NCBI GenBank assembly: GCA_001816585.1
Contig: MHCJ01000007.1
Coordinates: 2,062 to 66,061 of the forward strand
DNA length: 64,000 nucleotides
Direction of reading: 5' to 3'
From: Candidatus Chisholmbacteria bacterium RIFCSPHIGHO2_01_FULL_52_32
GTDB lineage: Bacteria; Patescibacteriota; Microgenomatia; UBA1400; Chisholmbacteraceae
Shown one piece after another: positions 48,879 through 59,024 of the stretch (position 1 is the stretch's first letter; the number at the start of each line of letters is the position of its first letter). The notes beneath the pieces are model-generated. The model worked only from the letters and a program-made list of their open reading frames with translations, was not told where the DNA came from and searched no databases. Made by a program: the position numbers and the translations under genes.

Positions 48879-50036
48879 TTACGCAATCCAAAAGTGCAGG
48901 CTAAAAAGAAGTAAAAACCACACCAGGACAACAACCGACAGGGACAATACGAGAAGAGCCACCCACGGCCGTCGAAGAAGTCCGGGCAAAATCAAAAAAC
49001 TTGGGAAGAGAACCAGGACGAATCTCGGCGCCCCTTTGAGTGTTCCGACGGATAGCATCATAACCAGGGACAGAAACTGATACATGCCATAGGACAACCG
49101 TAGGCGGCGAAAGACAACCATGGTCAAAAACAGAAACAGAAGAAAGAACGATAAGTCAGATAACTCCTTGAGTTGTACGAGAAGGAGTGGAGTCAGTCCG
49201 CCGGCGATTGCCCGAAAAACAACCGGAATTTCTGAAAAATAGGAGCCAAGAACCAAAAGAGGTGAGGTCAACGCTCGTTCGCGCTGCCAAGGTCCCTCTC
49301 CCCACTTTGAGAGATCACGCAAAAAAAGCAAGGGGTCACCGAATCTGTCCCAAAGGAACCAACACCAAGGGAGAAGTGCCAACGGAATAAGAAAGAGAGC
49401 CAAATGCTGCCGTCTCAACTGCCTCTTCCGAATGGCAATTTCGATAAGAAAGCTCGGGAAGAGTAACAATCCCTGCAACCGTGTCAGCGCCGCCAGCCCG
49501 CCAAACAAGCCTGCCGGGATAAACCGGTCCCTGCGAAAGAACCAGAAACTTACGACCGTCAGAAACAAGAACAGGCTTTCTCCGTACGCCGCCGCGAAGA
49601 AAAACGACGTCGGAAAGACCAGGAGAAACAGGAGAACCTGCCATGCCAATCCCCTGCTTCGAAGTTCCCCAATTCCCAAACGATACAACCACAGCATTGC
49701 CAGAAAAAAGAAAACCAGCGAGAGGACCTGGGAAGCCGCGAGTTCGCTGCCGAGAAAAACAGGTGCAAACAAGCGAATCAGGAGTGGGTAAAGGGGAAAA
49801 CGAAGCGTTAAGCCCGGGGTATCGTACCCGAATCGCGCGATGTAGGTATGCCAGTAGCCATCCCATAATCCGAAGGTCTGAAAGGCAATGGCTGGGACAG
49901 ACCATGGAATCGATAAGCCGCGGATGGTGAATAACTGGATGAGAAAGAGGGAGAACCGCCATCCAAGAAGGAGAATGAGAAGGCGAAACCAAAAGTGAGA
50001 AGTAATCCTGCACATGGAGCTCAGCCTGAGTTTCAT
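48879..50036 (-). CDS. GT-C mannosyltransferase (PIG-V-like)
   Basis: WDG.W...IA..GY, FPLYP, FPTSFFF.A.Y.ESLF, PRF. Confidence 0.88.
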   Translation of the reverse strand: MKLRLSSMCRITSHFWFRLLILLLGWRFSLFLIQLFTIRGLSIPWSVPAIAFQTFGLWDGYWHTYIARFGYDTPGLTLRFPLYPLLIRLFAPVFLGSELAASQVLSLVFFFLAMLWLYRLGIGELRSRGLAWQVLLFLLVFPTSFFFAAAYGESLFLFLTVVSFWFFRRDRFIPAGLFGGLAALTRLQGLLLFPSFLIEIAIRKRQLRRQHLALFLIPLALLPWCWFLWDRFGDPLLFLRDLSKWGEGPWQRERALTSPLLVLGSYFSEIPVVFRAIAGGLTPLLLVQLKELSDLSFFLLFLFLTMVVFRRLRLSYGMYQFLSLVMMLSVGTLKGAPRFVLVLFPSFLILPGLLRRPWVALLVLSLSVVVLVWFLLLFSLHFWIA

Positions 50037-50149
50037 AGTCCCTTAGCGATTACCAATCACCTTATCATAACTGTTCAAGCATATTGTGCCCACGAAAAGT
50101 TGGGAAATCGCTTTCGGCAATAATCCCTTATAATGGATACGCCAAAACC

Positions 50150-50962
50150 ATGACGAAATCATACATCGCACTGGTCAATGCCAGAAAGCTTTGTTCACTT
50201 GTCTTGTCTCCCCATACCTACACCGAAATCTCCAATTGGCCGCTTTACTTTGCGGACCACCTCGGACTTGTGCACGGAGAATATACCCTCAGGTTCCGCA
50301 GGGACTTCAAGCTATTGCTGCAGGCAAACCACCCTGTCAAATGGCCAATCCAGGAGATTGTCATTCAAGATGACTATCGGTTACGTTCGCTCAAGGCAGA
50401 CCCGCCATCAATCATTATCGATCTGGGGGCTTGTATTGGTATGTTCTCTCTGTATGCAAAAGCGCTCTTCCCCAAAGCCAAAATCTATGCCTTTGAACCA
50501 TTTGCCGGGTATTTCCCGGGTCTTGAAAAGAACATCAGGCTAAATAGCCTTGGAATGGGCATTATTCCCTATCCTCTGGCTTGTTATTCCGAAACAGCAG
50601 TACGATTGTTGAAATCAGGAAAAACGCTGAAATCTCCCCCGTTGGCCGCACCGTCCTGGATCTATTCCTACAAAGATTCGATCTCCCTGCAGGGTATTTT
50701 GGACTACAACAAGTTATCAACTTGTGATCTTCTCAAAATCGACGTCGAGGGCGCCGAATACGACATCATCTACTCGCTTCCGGCTCGAATGTACCGTCGC
50801 ATCCGCAGAATCCACCTCGAATACCACAACCTGGACGTAAAAACTGACCTCAACGGACACAGTTTGAAAAAGTGGTTAGAAAAAAATCATTTTGAAGTCG
50901 TCCAAACAAAGGTACCGTTTCAGAAAATGGGAATGATCTTCGCCACCAACCTTGCCCCGTGA
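50150..50962 (+). CDS. FkbM family methyltransferase
   Basis: IDLGACIG, FEP, LLKIDVEGAE; start uncertain (50084 or 50150). Confidence 0.88.
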   Translation: MTKSYIALVNARKLCSLVLSPHTYTEISNWPLYFADHLGLVHGEYTLRFRRDFKLLLQANHPVKWPIQEIVIQDDYRLRSLKADPPSIIIDLGACIGMFSLYAKALFPKAKIYAFEPFAGYFPGLEKNIRLNSLGMGIIPYPLACYSETAVRLLKSGKTLKSPPLAAPSWIYSYKDSISLQGILDYNKLSTCDLLKIDVEGAEYDIIYSLPARMYRRIRRIHLEYHNLDVKTDLNGHSLKKWLEKNHFEVVQTKVPFQKMGMIFATNLAP

Positions 50963-51050
50963 GATCAGCCATGTATCTCACCGGGACTGCCCTCTCCTCT
51001 CCTCTCCTCTCCTCTCCTCTCCTCTCCGCTCCGCTCTACGCCCTACGCTC

Positions 51051-52790
51051 TTAGCCCTCTACCCTCTCATAGATCTCTATCCCCGGACCTGGTCGACTCA
51101 AGCCCGAAAATCCGACAAATGGGACGTAAAAACGATCCTGCTGGTCATAGATTTGTGCCCCAGAACCGGCATCAACCCCTGCAAATCTGGCCACCAAGAG
51201 ATACGACCGTTCAAGTATTTCTGGGATTCCTTCAGGAACGGTACTGTATCCCCTAAGCGGCGACCGCTCAACGACGATGTAGCCAGGCAAACCCTCTTCT
51301 TCATCACCCGCATAGAAAAACTTCTTGCGAGAAGGATCATACGTCCATAAGACAAAGCCCTCATGTCCTCTCTCATCTCGAATCCGTATCTCCCGCTCTA
51401 AAATCCGGGCCCGCAGTAGGTTTCCCATTCCCCCCAGAGCTTCCTTCTCCCCAACCTTCCTCTCCAAATCTTCTTTCGTCGGCGGGAGAAGGAGAGTCGC
51501 CGCCGTCTGGTATACGCTGTTCTGATTTGCAAGGTGTGAATCCAAGAACGAAAGAACAAGCAACCGGCTATCCGTTCGGGACAGGAGGCGGTCAAACTCA
51601 AAAACGGTACGTGCCGACGGAAGAACAATAATAACGGCCAGCATAATCTCAACCAACATCCGCCGTCGTCCGCGAAGCTTGAGTAAGGTGCCGACCGTCC
51701 GAACGAACACCGCCCCGAGAATGCAGAGAAAGGGCACGATCGGCACCATGTAGCGTGTCATCACCGCGTAACCCTTCCCGGCAAGTACAAAGTAAAAGAT
51801 GGGGAACGCAAGGAAAACAACCGCCTTTGCAGGATAACGACGCAGAAAAAACAACATGCCAAGCATGGAGGCCGCAAATAAGCTCCAACCCAAGCCATAA
51901 AAAAGTGCCACCTGGACATTAAACCACCATCCCCTTCCGAGAAAGACATTCCCCCACACAACATCCAGGTTCCTGGCATTCAACATCACATCGGAAAGGA
52001 AGGTTTTCAAATCCAATAACGCAAACGGCACCCCGATAAGAAAAGCCAACAGAAACGCTGCCCCAAAAAGTGTTATTCGCCTCAACACAAAAAGGGTAAT
52101 AGCTTCACTTCCTGCCCGCCGCGGTGCCCGAAAAAATGACGCAAGAGCAATCGGAAGAACCAGTAGGATTCCGATGTACTTCGTTGCCGCCGCCAGGCCC
52201 GCAAATACCCCGGATAAAACAACGCTTTTCCTGCCTCTCTCCGTGAGAGAGCGGATGATGAAATAAAAGGAAACAAGGAGCCAAAACGTGGCTGCCACAT
52301 CCACCGTTCCGAAATGGGATTCCCGAACATGAAGATATGCCAAACTCAAAAAGAAACTCGAAAGGGATGCCGTCCGCCGATCAAAAAGCCGCTTTGCAAT
52401 AAAGTAGAGCAAAACGACGCTCAAAACCCCGAAACCGACCGAAACAAGCCTGGCCATGAGATAAAAAACACTTGGATTCAGCCGGTATTCCAAACCTAAG
52501 TCCGCAGGTGCCTGATACCGTCCCGAAAAAATCCCGACGGTAAAGTAGAGTCCGTAAAGCAGAAACAAAAAGTACATGGGAAACGTGGGATAGATAAACG
52601 TATTTGGATTGAGCGACCCTCCCCCGAAGCCAAGCGCGACAGTGACAAGATACGCCTCATCCGGCCGGGCAATCTCCATCGGCAATCCAAAGCGAATTCC
52701 CCATAGGCGCACAGAGGCTGCCAGAACCACGGTGGCAATAAGAAGAGAATGACGACGAAAGGCAAGGGCAACTCCCAGAAGACTCCACAT
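51051..52790 (-). CDS. GT-C glycosyltransferase (ArnT/GT39-like)
   Basis: PDE, NP.TF.YP, SHFGTVD, GLAAATKY, RY.VP. Confidence 0.85.
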   Translation of the reverse strand: MWSLLGVALAFRRHSLLIATVVLAASVRLWGIRFGLPMEIARPDEAYLVTVALGFGGGSLNPNTFIYPTFPMYFLFLLYGLYFTVGIFSGRYQAPADLGLEYRLNPSVFYLMARLVSVGFGVLSVVLLYFIAKRLFDRRTASLSSFFLSLAYLHVRESHFGTVDVAATFWLLVSFYFIIRSLTERGRKSVVLSGVFAGLAAATKYIGILLVLPIALASFFRAPRRAGSEAITLFVLRRITLFGAAFLLAFLIGVPFALLDLKTFLSDVMLNARNLDVVWGNVFLGRGWWFNVQVALFYGLGWSLFAASMLGMLFFLRRYPAKAVVFLAFPIFYFVLAGKGYAVMTRYMVPIVPFLCILGAVFVRTVGTLLKLRGRRRMLVEIMLAVIIVLPSARTVFEFDRLLSRTDSRLLVLSFLDSHLANQNSVYQTAATLLLPPTKEDLERKVGEKEALGGMGNLLRARILEREIRIRDERGHEGFVLWTYDPSRKKFFYAGDEEEGLPGYIVVERSPLRGYSTVPEGIPEILERSYLLVARFAGVDAGSGAQIYDQQDRFYVPFVGFSGLSRPGPGIEIYERVEG

Positions 52791-52911
52791 AGAATTTTAT
52801 ACCCCTTTCACACTAGAATGTGCGCTTCATAGGCTTATTCAGCCATATCGCACATCTGGTGTTTCGGGGTATTGCACGCTATTATTAGATACAAATTAGA
52901 GTAAGATGAGT

Positions 52912-53607
52912 TTACTTGCGCACCAGGCAACGGAACAAGGTATATACTGCTTCTATTCCGTCAAAAGCGGAGATCTTCTTCCCGGATTCTTTCGTACGCG
53001 GTCGGTAGCTTATGGGAACCTCAAAGATCCGATATCCCCGCTGGGCAATTCGTGCCGTAATCTCAGGCTCTATATCAAACTCCAAGGCACGCAACCGAAT
53101 CCCATCGATCACTTCCCTGCGAAAGGCTTTATATGCCGTCTCCATATCAGTCAGACGGGTCCCGTATAAAAGATTCGTAAGCGTTGTCAGAATGGAGTTC
53201 GCCAGCCTCGTTTTGAGGGGTATGTTCCTATTTTCTTTCAAGAAACGCGATCCGTACACCACGTCCGCCTTCCCTTCGAGAATCGGGTTGATGATGGTGA
53301 GATATTCTCTTGGATCCAACTCCAAATCCGCATCCTGGATGATGATGATATCTCCCGTGGCATACTTTAGTCCCACCCGGATAGAAGCCCCTTTCCCAAG
53401 ATTGATAAATGAGAGATGTACCTTGGTGGTTTTCGGATCAAGTTGTTGTTCGCGAAGGATCTCCTCCCGACTTCCGTCGGTCGACGAATCATCCACCAGA
53501 ACCACCTCTTTGGAAACGACTCCAAGCTTCACAGCCCGCACCTTCCGCATCACCTCGCCGATGGTCTGAAGCTCATTGTAGACCGGGATAATAATGGAAA
53601 GTTTCAT
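52912..53607 (-). CDS. GT2 polyprenol-phosphate glycosyltransferase (DPM synthase-like)
   Basis: IIPVYNE, NLGKG, QDADLE, TDMETAYK, EPEIT. Confidence 0.92.
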   Translation of the reverse strand: MKLSIIIPVYNELQTIGEVMRKVRAVKLGVVSKEVVLVDDSSTDGSREEILREQQLDPKTTKVHLSFINLGKGASIRVGLKYATGDIIIIQDADLELDPREYLTIINPILEGKADVVYGSRFLKENRNIPLKTRLANSILTTLTNLLYGTRLTDMETAYKAFRREVIDGIRLRALEFDIEPEITARIAQRGYRIFEVPISYRPRTKESGKKISAFDGIEAVYTLFRCLVRK

Positions 53608-53771
53608 TTCAAAGCCCCGCACAAGGCTAAAATATCGCAGTCACTATACCTATAGAGCTTCTGCACCCATTTATCAAGCGCCTCAAGCAAACGAATTTGT
53701 CTCCCCTTCCCGCTTCGGTTATACTCGCCCCAAAGTGTTAACGAACCACGTTGCGAATTGACACACCAGGC

Positions 53772-54485
53772 ATGATAAAGCCGCAAAAAATAAGCCTCAC
53801 GAATACCGAATATCTTTCTCTGCGAAATAGCGACGAAGCCTTGAGAATTTCAATAGAACAGGCAATGCCAACTCTGGGAACGCTGGTTCTCGATATCGGC
53901 TGTGGCAGCATGCCCTTAACACCTCTTTTCCATCAAAAGCGATCAATATATATCGGAGTAGATATAAATCAATCAGTCAAACCACACGCAGTCATGGTTG
54001 CTGAACGCCTCGCCGTCAGATCAAAAACCGTTGATCTCATCCTTTGTATCGCAACCCTTGAACACGTCATGAGCCCCCAAGCAGTCTTAAGCGAAGCTTC
54101 AAGAGTTTTAAAGAAGGGGGGCTCAATTATCGTCCAAGTCCCCAGTCTCTATCCGTACCACCCCAGTCCTGAGGATCATTGGCGTTGGACCCACACCGGT
54201 TTGGAGCAAATTCTTAGGAACGCGGGTTTGACGGTTACTGCTTTCTATCCCTCAGGAACAACCCTCACAACCTACCTCACAATCTTCATTCAAGGAGTCA
54301 GTCTGTTTCTCATACAGTCGAAGGTTTTCTCTTGGCTGAACTTGCCTGTTGTTGTCAGCCTCAACAGTATCGGGCGTCTGCTTGAGAAGTTCTTTAGTCC
54401 GAACACACCTTTTTATGCGCCGGGGAACTTCCTCTTAAGTCTCGCTGCAGTGGCAAGAAAGGAAGGCGAAACAAACCTTCAATAA
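53772..54485 (+). CDS. class I SAM methyltransferase
   Basis: LDIGCG, LEHV, RVLKKGG, HPSP.DHWRWT. Confidence 0.88.
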   Translation: MIKPQKISLTNTEYLSLRNSDEALRISIEQAMPTLGTLVLDIGCGSMPLTPLFHQKRSIYIGVDINQSVKPHAVMVAERLAVRSKTVDLILCIATLEHVMSPQAVLSEASRVLKKGGSIIVQVPSLYPYHPSPEDHWRWTHTGLEQILRNAGLTVTAFYPSGTTLTTYLTIFIQGVSLFLIQSKVFSWLNLPVVVSLNSIGRLLEKFFSPNTPFYAPGNFLLSLAAVARKEGETNLQ

Positions 54486-55192
54486 CTTCCCCGGATCGAA
54501 ACCCAAATTTCACTCAAGATGAGTGCCACAAACCGTAATCCCGTTGGTATCGATTTCGCTTTACTCTCTCCACCGATCCGCTCTCCCTCAATCGTCGGGA
54601 TCTCCGAAACCTTCATGCCTAAGCGCATTGCCCGAATAGACATCTGATACTCTACGGCATACCCTGTCGCGGAGAGCCGCATCCGTTCAAACGCTGCCTT
54701 CCGAATGGCACGGTACCCATTAATCGTGTCGGAAATAGAGCGACCGCTTCTGTTCCAAAGGATGTTTGCGACAAGGGTAAATGCTTTATTCGCCCAAGCC
54801 CGTGGTCGGAAGAGCTTGCTGTCTTCCTCATTGCGAGAACCCGGCAGAAATCTTGAGGCAATGACCATATCGTAGCCTTCCGCAAGTTTCGAGAGTAACC
54901 TCGGAATATCCGCCGGATCCTCGTTGCCATCGGGAGAGAAAAAAACCAGCAAGTCTCCCCTGGCAACAGACGCGGATAACCGAAATGCCTCTCCACGTCC
55001 TGGGTTTTCTTGGGGAACGATTCGAATGCCACGTTTTTTGACAAAATCAATGGTTCCATCATCGGACTTATAGTCAACCACAAAATGCTCATCCACCGCT
55101 TCAAACGGAATCCTCCCCACCAATGCCCGCATCCCCTCAATCTCATTACGGGTCAGAATAACTAGTGTAGTCTTGACCTTCTTCTTCCTCAT
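54479..55192 (-). CDS. GT2 glycosyltransferase (DPM synthase-like)
   Basis: TRNE, SPDGNEDP, IASRF, SDTINGYR. Confidence 0.88.
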   Translation of the reverse strand: MRKKKVKTTLVILTRNEIEGMRALVGRIPFEAVDEHFVVDYKSDDGTIDFVKKRGIRIVPQENPGRGEAFRLSASVARGDLLVFFSPDGNEDPADIPRLLSKLAEGYDMVIASRFLPGSRNEEDSKLFRPRAWANKAFTLVANILWNRSGRSISDTINGYRAIRKAAFERMRLSATGYAVEYQMSIRAMRLGMKVSEIPTIEGERIGGESKAKSIPTGLRFVALILSEIWVSIRGSY

Positions 55193-55270
55193 ATTTCCCT
55201 GCCACCTTCCGAGCACTCTCTATTCGTAAATCATAAATCCTAAATCATAAATCACTCTCTACCCTCTGCT

Positions 55271-56278
55271 CTACGCGCTAAGCCCTACGCTCTTCCTGTA
55301 CCATTCTATCGTCTTCTTCAGTCCCTCTCGCAAGGGCACCCTCGCTGTAAACCCAATCTTCTCCTTTGCCTTTCTCGTGTCGCAGTTCCTTCGTGGTTGG
55401 CCATTGGGCCTGGTCGTATCGAAAATAACCTGGGCCTTGCTTCCCGAAAGCTCAACAACAAGCTTTGCCAAGTCACCAATCCGGATCTCCTCTTCGGTCC
55501 CGATATTTACCGGGTCTGGTTCGGGATACTTCTCTACAGCCTCCATTAACCCCCGGGCAAAATCCGAAACATAAAGAAACGACCGCGTCGGTGACCCATC
55601 TCCCCAGACTACCACCGGATTCTCTCCAGAAACGACCCGCCGGATAAGCGCGGGGATGACGTGCGAAGTCCGAGGATCAAAATTATCTCTCGGTCCGTAG
55701 CCGTTGTATGGTCGAACGATACTGATTTTCATACCATACTCCTCGGCATAGCTCCTCGCCAGAATCTCCCCCATCCGCTTCGCCCATCCGTAACCGTAGT
55801 TGGTGGGTTCCGGCTCATCTAACAATCCCTCCGACTCTGGAGTCGGAATGGTGCAAAAACGGGGGTACACGCAGGCAGAACTTACAAACTGCATACGGGG
55901 AACTTGAGCCAACCGCGCAGCCTCAAACATCGTCATCGCCATTGCCAGGTTGTCCCGAAGCATCGTCGCGGGGTGTGTAGAGTTGTATCCGATCCCTGCT
56001 ACCCGCGCCGCCAGGTGAAATACCACGTCCTTATTGCGGCAGAGCGAAATGACTGTAGGGCGTGTAGACGAAAGATCAACTGAATGATAGCGGATCGAAG
56101 GATTCTTAAGATCAAGAAACCGAACCCCACTTGGTTTCTCCCTCCCCACAACCGTAACCCCGGCCCCCTGTGTCAAAAGTATCTCGGTAAGGTGAGAACC
56201 GACGAACCCATTCCCTCCGGTTACCAACACCCGCTTCCCCTTCCAAAAGCTTTTCCTGGTCTTCGCTTTTTTTCCCAT
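55271..56278 (-). CDS. NAD-dependent epimerase/GDP-L-fucose synthase-like SDR
   Basis: GGNGFVG, SSACVYP, YGWAK, YGPRDNF..SHVIPALI, WGDGSPTR.FLY. Confidence 0.9.
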   Translation of the reverse strand: MGKKAKTRKSFWKGKRVLVTGGNGFVGSHLTEILLTQGAGVTVVGREKPSGVRFLDLKNPSIRYHSVDLSSTRPTVISLCRNKDVVFHLAARVAGIGYNSTHPATMLRDNLAMAMTMFEAARLAQVPRMQFVSSACVYPRFCTIPTPESEGLLDEPEPTNYGYGWAKRMGEILARSYAEEYGMKISIVRPYNGYGPRDNFDPRTSHVIPALIRRVVSGENPVVVWGDGSPTRSFLYVSDFARGLMEAVEKYPEPDPVNIGTEEEIRIGDLAKLVVELSGSKAQVIFDTTRPNGQPRRNCDTRKAKEKIGFTARVPLREGLKKTIEWYRKSVGLSA

Positions 56279-56341
56279 ACCTTATGTTGACCCAATTATA
56301 CTAACAATTATCTTCACGAGTTTCGCACCAATAACAACCAG

Positions 56342-56470
56342 AGGAGAGCGCGGAACAAATTTGCGCGAGGAGCTAGGCCAGGCTGAAAGCCTGGCTGGCG
56401 ATCAAAAAACCAGGAAGCTAAGCAAAACCGCGCCATAGCGACCAAGCAAATTTCTGTTACGCGATCTCCT
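56342..56470. mobile_element. palindromic element family C, intergenic copy
   Basis: aggaga.cgc..aacaaatttgc ... gcaaattt..gttacgcgatctcct with an inner ggccaggct-gaa-agcctggct hairpin. Confidence 0.75.
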
Positions 56471-58736
56471 ACCCTCTATCTGCATAAAACTGCGAAACTC
56501 GCGATCTTATCCGTTTCTCTTTCCAAACGAGAAGAAGACAAATAACAATGGTAAAACCGGATATCAAGGCACCAAGATAAACAAGGCGCGGTCGAAATAC
56601 ATACTCCACCGCATGGACCCCCGAAAGAACCGGAACGGACCGGAACGTCCCTTGATACTTTCCCATTTCAACCCTCTGCCCATCCACAAACACTTCCCAT
56701 CCCGGATAAACACTGTCCGCCAACACCAACACCCCTTGCCGATCCGCCTCTACCGCAACAACCACCCGCTCGGGCTGATTGACGAGAATTTCCGCCTCTC
56801 CTGCCGATTCCCCGGAATGATCAACCACTCTTGAGCGAGGCAGCAACTGACTACTGCGCACAATCCCTTGCTCCGAAAGGAAATACGCAACGGACAACTG
56901 GTTAAGCTTTTCCGCTTCAACCTCTTGCAGGCCAACCTCATTGAGTCTCAAAGAAGAAATTTTATCCCCCCTCAGATATTTTGCGTAAGCGCTAAGCACA
57001 AAACTGGCGTATCCGTTGGGCGTCGGCAAGCCATAAACCATATTCCAGTTCAAAGCCAAGTCGGAAAGCCTCCGATTCAGTTCCCGATAACTTCGCCGTT
57101 CTTCTGGGGTATAGAACGTGGCAGCAAATGGCGGTCCAATGGCCATGTTCTCCCAGTAATTCCCCAGTCCGCTAAACGGAACAGAGTCTTGATAACTCAA
57201 GAATCGCTCAGAAGGCGCCAAAACGTTCTGAAGTTGCCGTCCTGGTTCCGATTCAATCCGAACAAGCTGTCGCGGCATGGTAAATACGTATCGTGAGTTG
57301 AAAAAGAGAAGATCAAGAAACACAAGTCCAACAAAAAACCAATACTTTTTGCGAAAGAGAACGATGATACTAAGACCAAAAAGGAGGCTCGCCAAAACCA
57401 TATTTGCCGAAACGGTCCCCACGATCACTTGATCCCGTTCAAAAGTATGAAATGTTGAAAACGGCCGCCAGAAAAGACCAAAACCAAACCGGCCGACCAG
57501 AAAGAAAACAATCCCAACCGCCCACATAAATCCAGCCATAATGAGAAGTCTCCTCGCGGCGACGAACGAGAGCCCTCGCTTTTTCACCTCATCAAAAGCA
57601 ATGCCTCCACAAACTGCCATCGACAACGAAAACGGCAAAAGCGCCTCAGCTGGACCTCGGAAAACCCGAAAAAAGGGAATGAGGGTAAACAATATCTGAT
57701 AGATCGGGGTGTATCGCCCCAGAGCCAAAATAAGCGAAGTACACGCCGCCCCCAGGAAAAACAGGAAAAGTCTTCGCTTGGGAGTCTCTCTTCTTAAAAA
57801 AATGCGCTTCGCCGAAAGAAAAAGGATAACGAAGGTCAAGATTCCAAGATATCCGGTGTTATCCGCCACGTGTCGCCAAGCAGGACCCCACGTCATTCCA
57901 ACTTGAGGTTGGTCAAACAAATTCGGTAAGAACAGACGCAGGAGAAGCACCGGGTGAAGCGAGTCGCCGGTCGCCGTCACAAAATCCATTGAGCTTCTCG
58001 TTGATAATCTAGCAAGCTCAAGCGCCGGCAACACCACAACAGCAGTCACCCCGAACGCGAGCCCAAAAAGGAGAAGGACCGGTTTAAGTCTATTCCAACT
58101 TCTCACCTTTGAGAAGAATAGCCAGTAAGAAAAAAGAAGGACCAGCGTGTAGAGAACCGGCTGCGGATGTCCTCCGAAAATCTGCAGTGCCAAAGAAAAA
58201 GCAGCAACCACCGACCAGAGTGTTGAACCCCTTGCGATTGCCTTGTAAAAGGCGAGAAATGTAAAGGGTAACCAAATGCTACTTGATAACAACGGCAGAT
58301 AGCTCGTGTAATGAAGTATGGTCGCGCTGAACATGAACGTCATGGCCGAGGAGAAAGCCGCAATTCGTGACATCCCCAATTCCTTGACGAAGAGGAAGAA
58401 AGAGACACCGGCCAAGAACACGCTCATGATCGTTACAACGGTCAACGCCCAAAAAGGATCAAGCACCAGGAAGAAAAGGCTGAAAGGGTAAAACACAGCC
58501 GTGGAGATGTCCGCAAGGAACGGTATTCCGGCAAAAAGGTACGGATTCCAAAGCGGCAGAACTCCTTCCCGCAAACGAACCGCAGCATAAATGGCATTGG
58601 GTAATTTCAGGGATAAATTGTCTCCGAAAAACAGCACCTCACCCCGAAACACCGGATAAAAAAACACAGCCGTCGCCAGTGCTAAAACCACACCGACGAG
58701 AAGATTAGGTTGTAATCCCAATCGAAAACGCTTCAT
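56469..58736 (-). CDS. YfhO family GT-C membrane protein
   Basis: PLWNPY.F.G.PF, GHPQ, YLG, FRVFR.P, LVLADSVYPGW.V.VDG. Confidence 0.88.
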   Translation of the reverse strand: MKRFRLGLQPNLLVGVVLALATAVFFYPVFRGEVLFFGDNLSLKLPNAIYAAVRLREGVLPLWNPYLFAGIPFLADISTAVFYPFSLFFLVLDPFWALTVVTIMSVFLAGVSFFLFVKELGMSRIAAFSSAMTFMFSATILHYTSYLPLLSSSIWLPFTFLAFYKAIARGSTLWSVVAAFSLALQIFGGHPQPVLYTLVLLFSYWLFFSKVRSWNRLKPVLLLFGLAFGVTAVVVLPALELARLSTRSSMDFVTATGDSLHPVLLLRLFLPNLFDQPQVGMTWGPAWRHVADNTGYLGILTFVILFLSAKRIFLRRETPKRRLFLFFLGAACTSLILALGRYTPIYQILFTLIPFFRVFRGPAEALLPFSLSMAVCGGIAFDEVKKRGLSFVAARRLLIMAGFMWAVGIVFFLVGRFGFGLFWRPFSTFHTFERDQVIVGTVSANMVLASLLFGLSIIVLFRKKYWFFVGLVFLDLLFFNSRYVFTMPRQLVRIESEPGRQLQNVLAPSERFLSYQDSVPFSGLGNYWENMAIGPPFAATFYTPEERRSYRELNRRLSDLALNWNMVYGLPTPNGYASFVLSAYAKYLRGDKISSLRLNEVGLQEVEAEKLNQLSVAYFLSEQGIVRSSQLLPRSRVVDHSGESAGEAEILVNQPERVVVAVEADRQGVLVLADSVYPGWEVFVDGQRVEMGKYQGTFRSVPVLSGVHAVEYVFRPRLVYLGALISGFTIVICLLLVWKEKRIRSRVSQFYADRG

Positions 58737-58741
58737 ACTTA

Positions 58742-59021
58742 CCCCTTTGAACGCAGCAATTCAAGATGCCTACCAACCTATGGAGGAACCCAAGCAATGA
58801 GTAATAAAAAATCCCCCTTTGAGCGGAGCTATTCGAGAACATGCGAAAGCGAACACTGTTAAAAAGCGATCAACTGTCTGACGAGCGCTCGACGCGAAGG
58901 AGTTTGATCGCATAGCGTGAGCGAAGCAGGTTCCCGAAAGAACGCTCATGGGGTGCCCTTTCTTTCGACGCTTTCTTTGGGCAAGCAAAGAAAGCGTCAC
59001 CAGTTTGGATGAGCAAAGAAA
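58742..59021. repeat. structured repeat family B: full copy 58813-58998 nested inside remnants of a second copy
   Basis: outer ends ccctttgaacgcagc and ttggatgagcaaagaaa match 1775-1955; the inner copy aligns along its length. Confidence 0.8.
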
Positions 59022-59024
59022 TGG

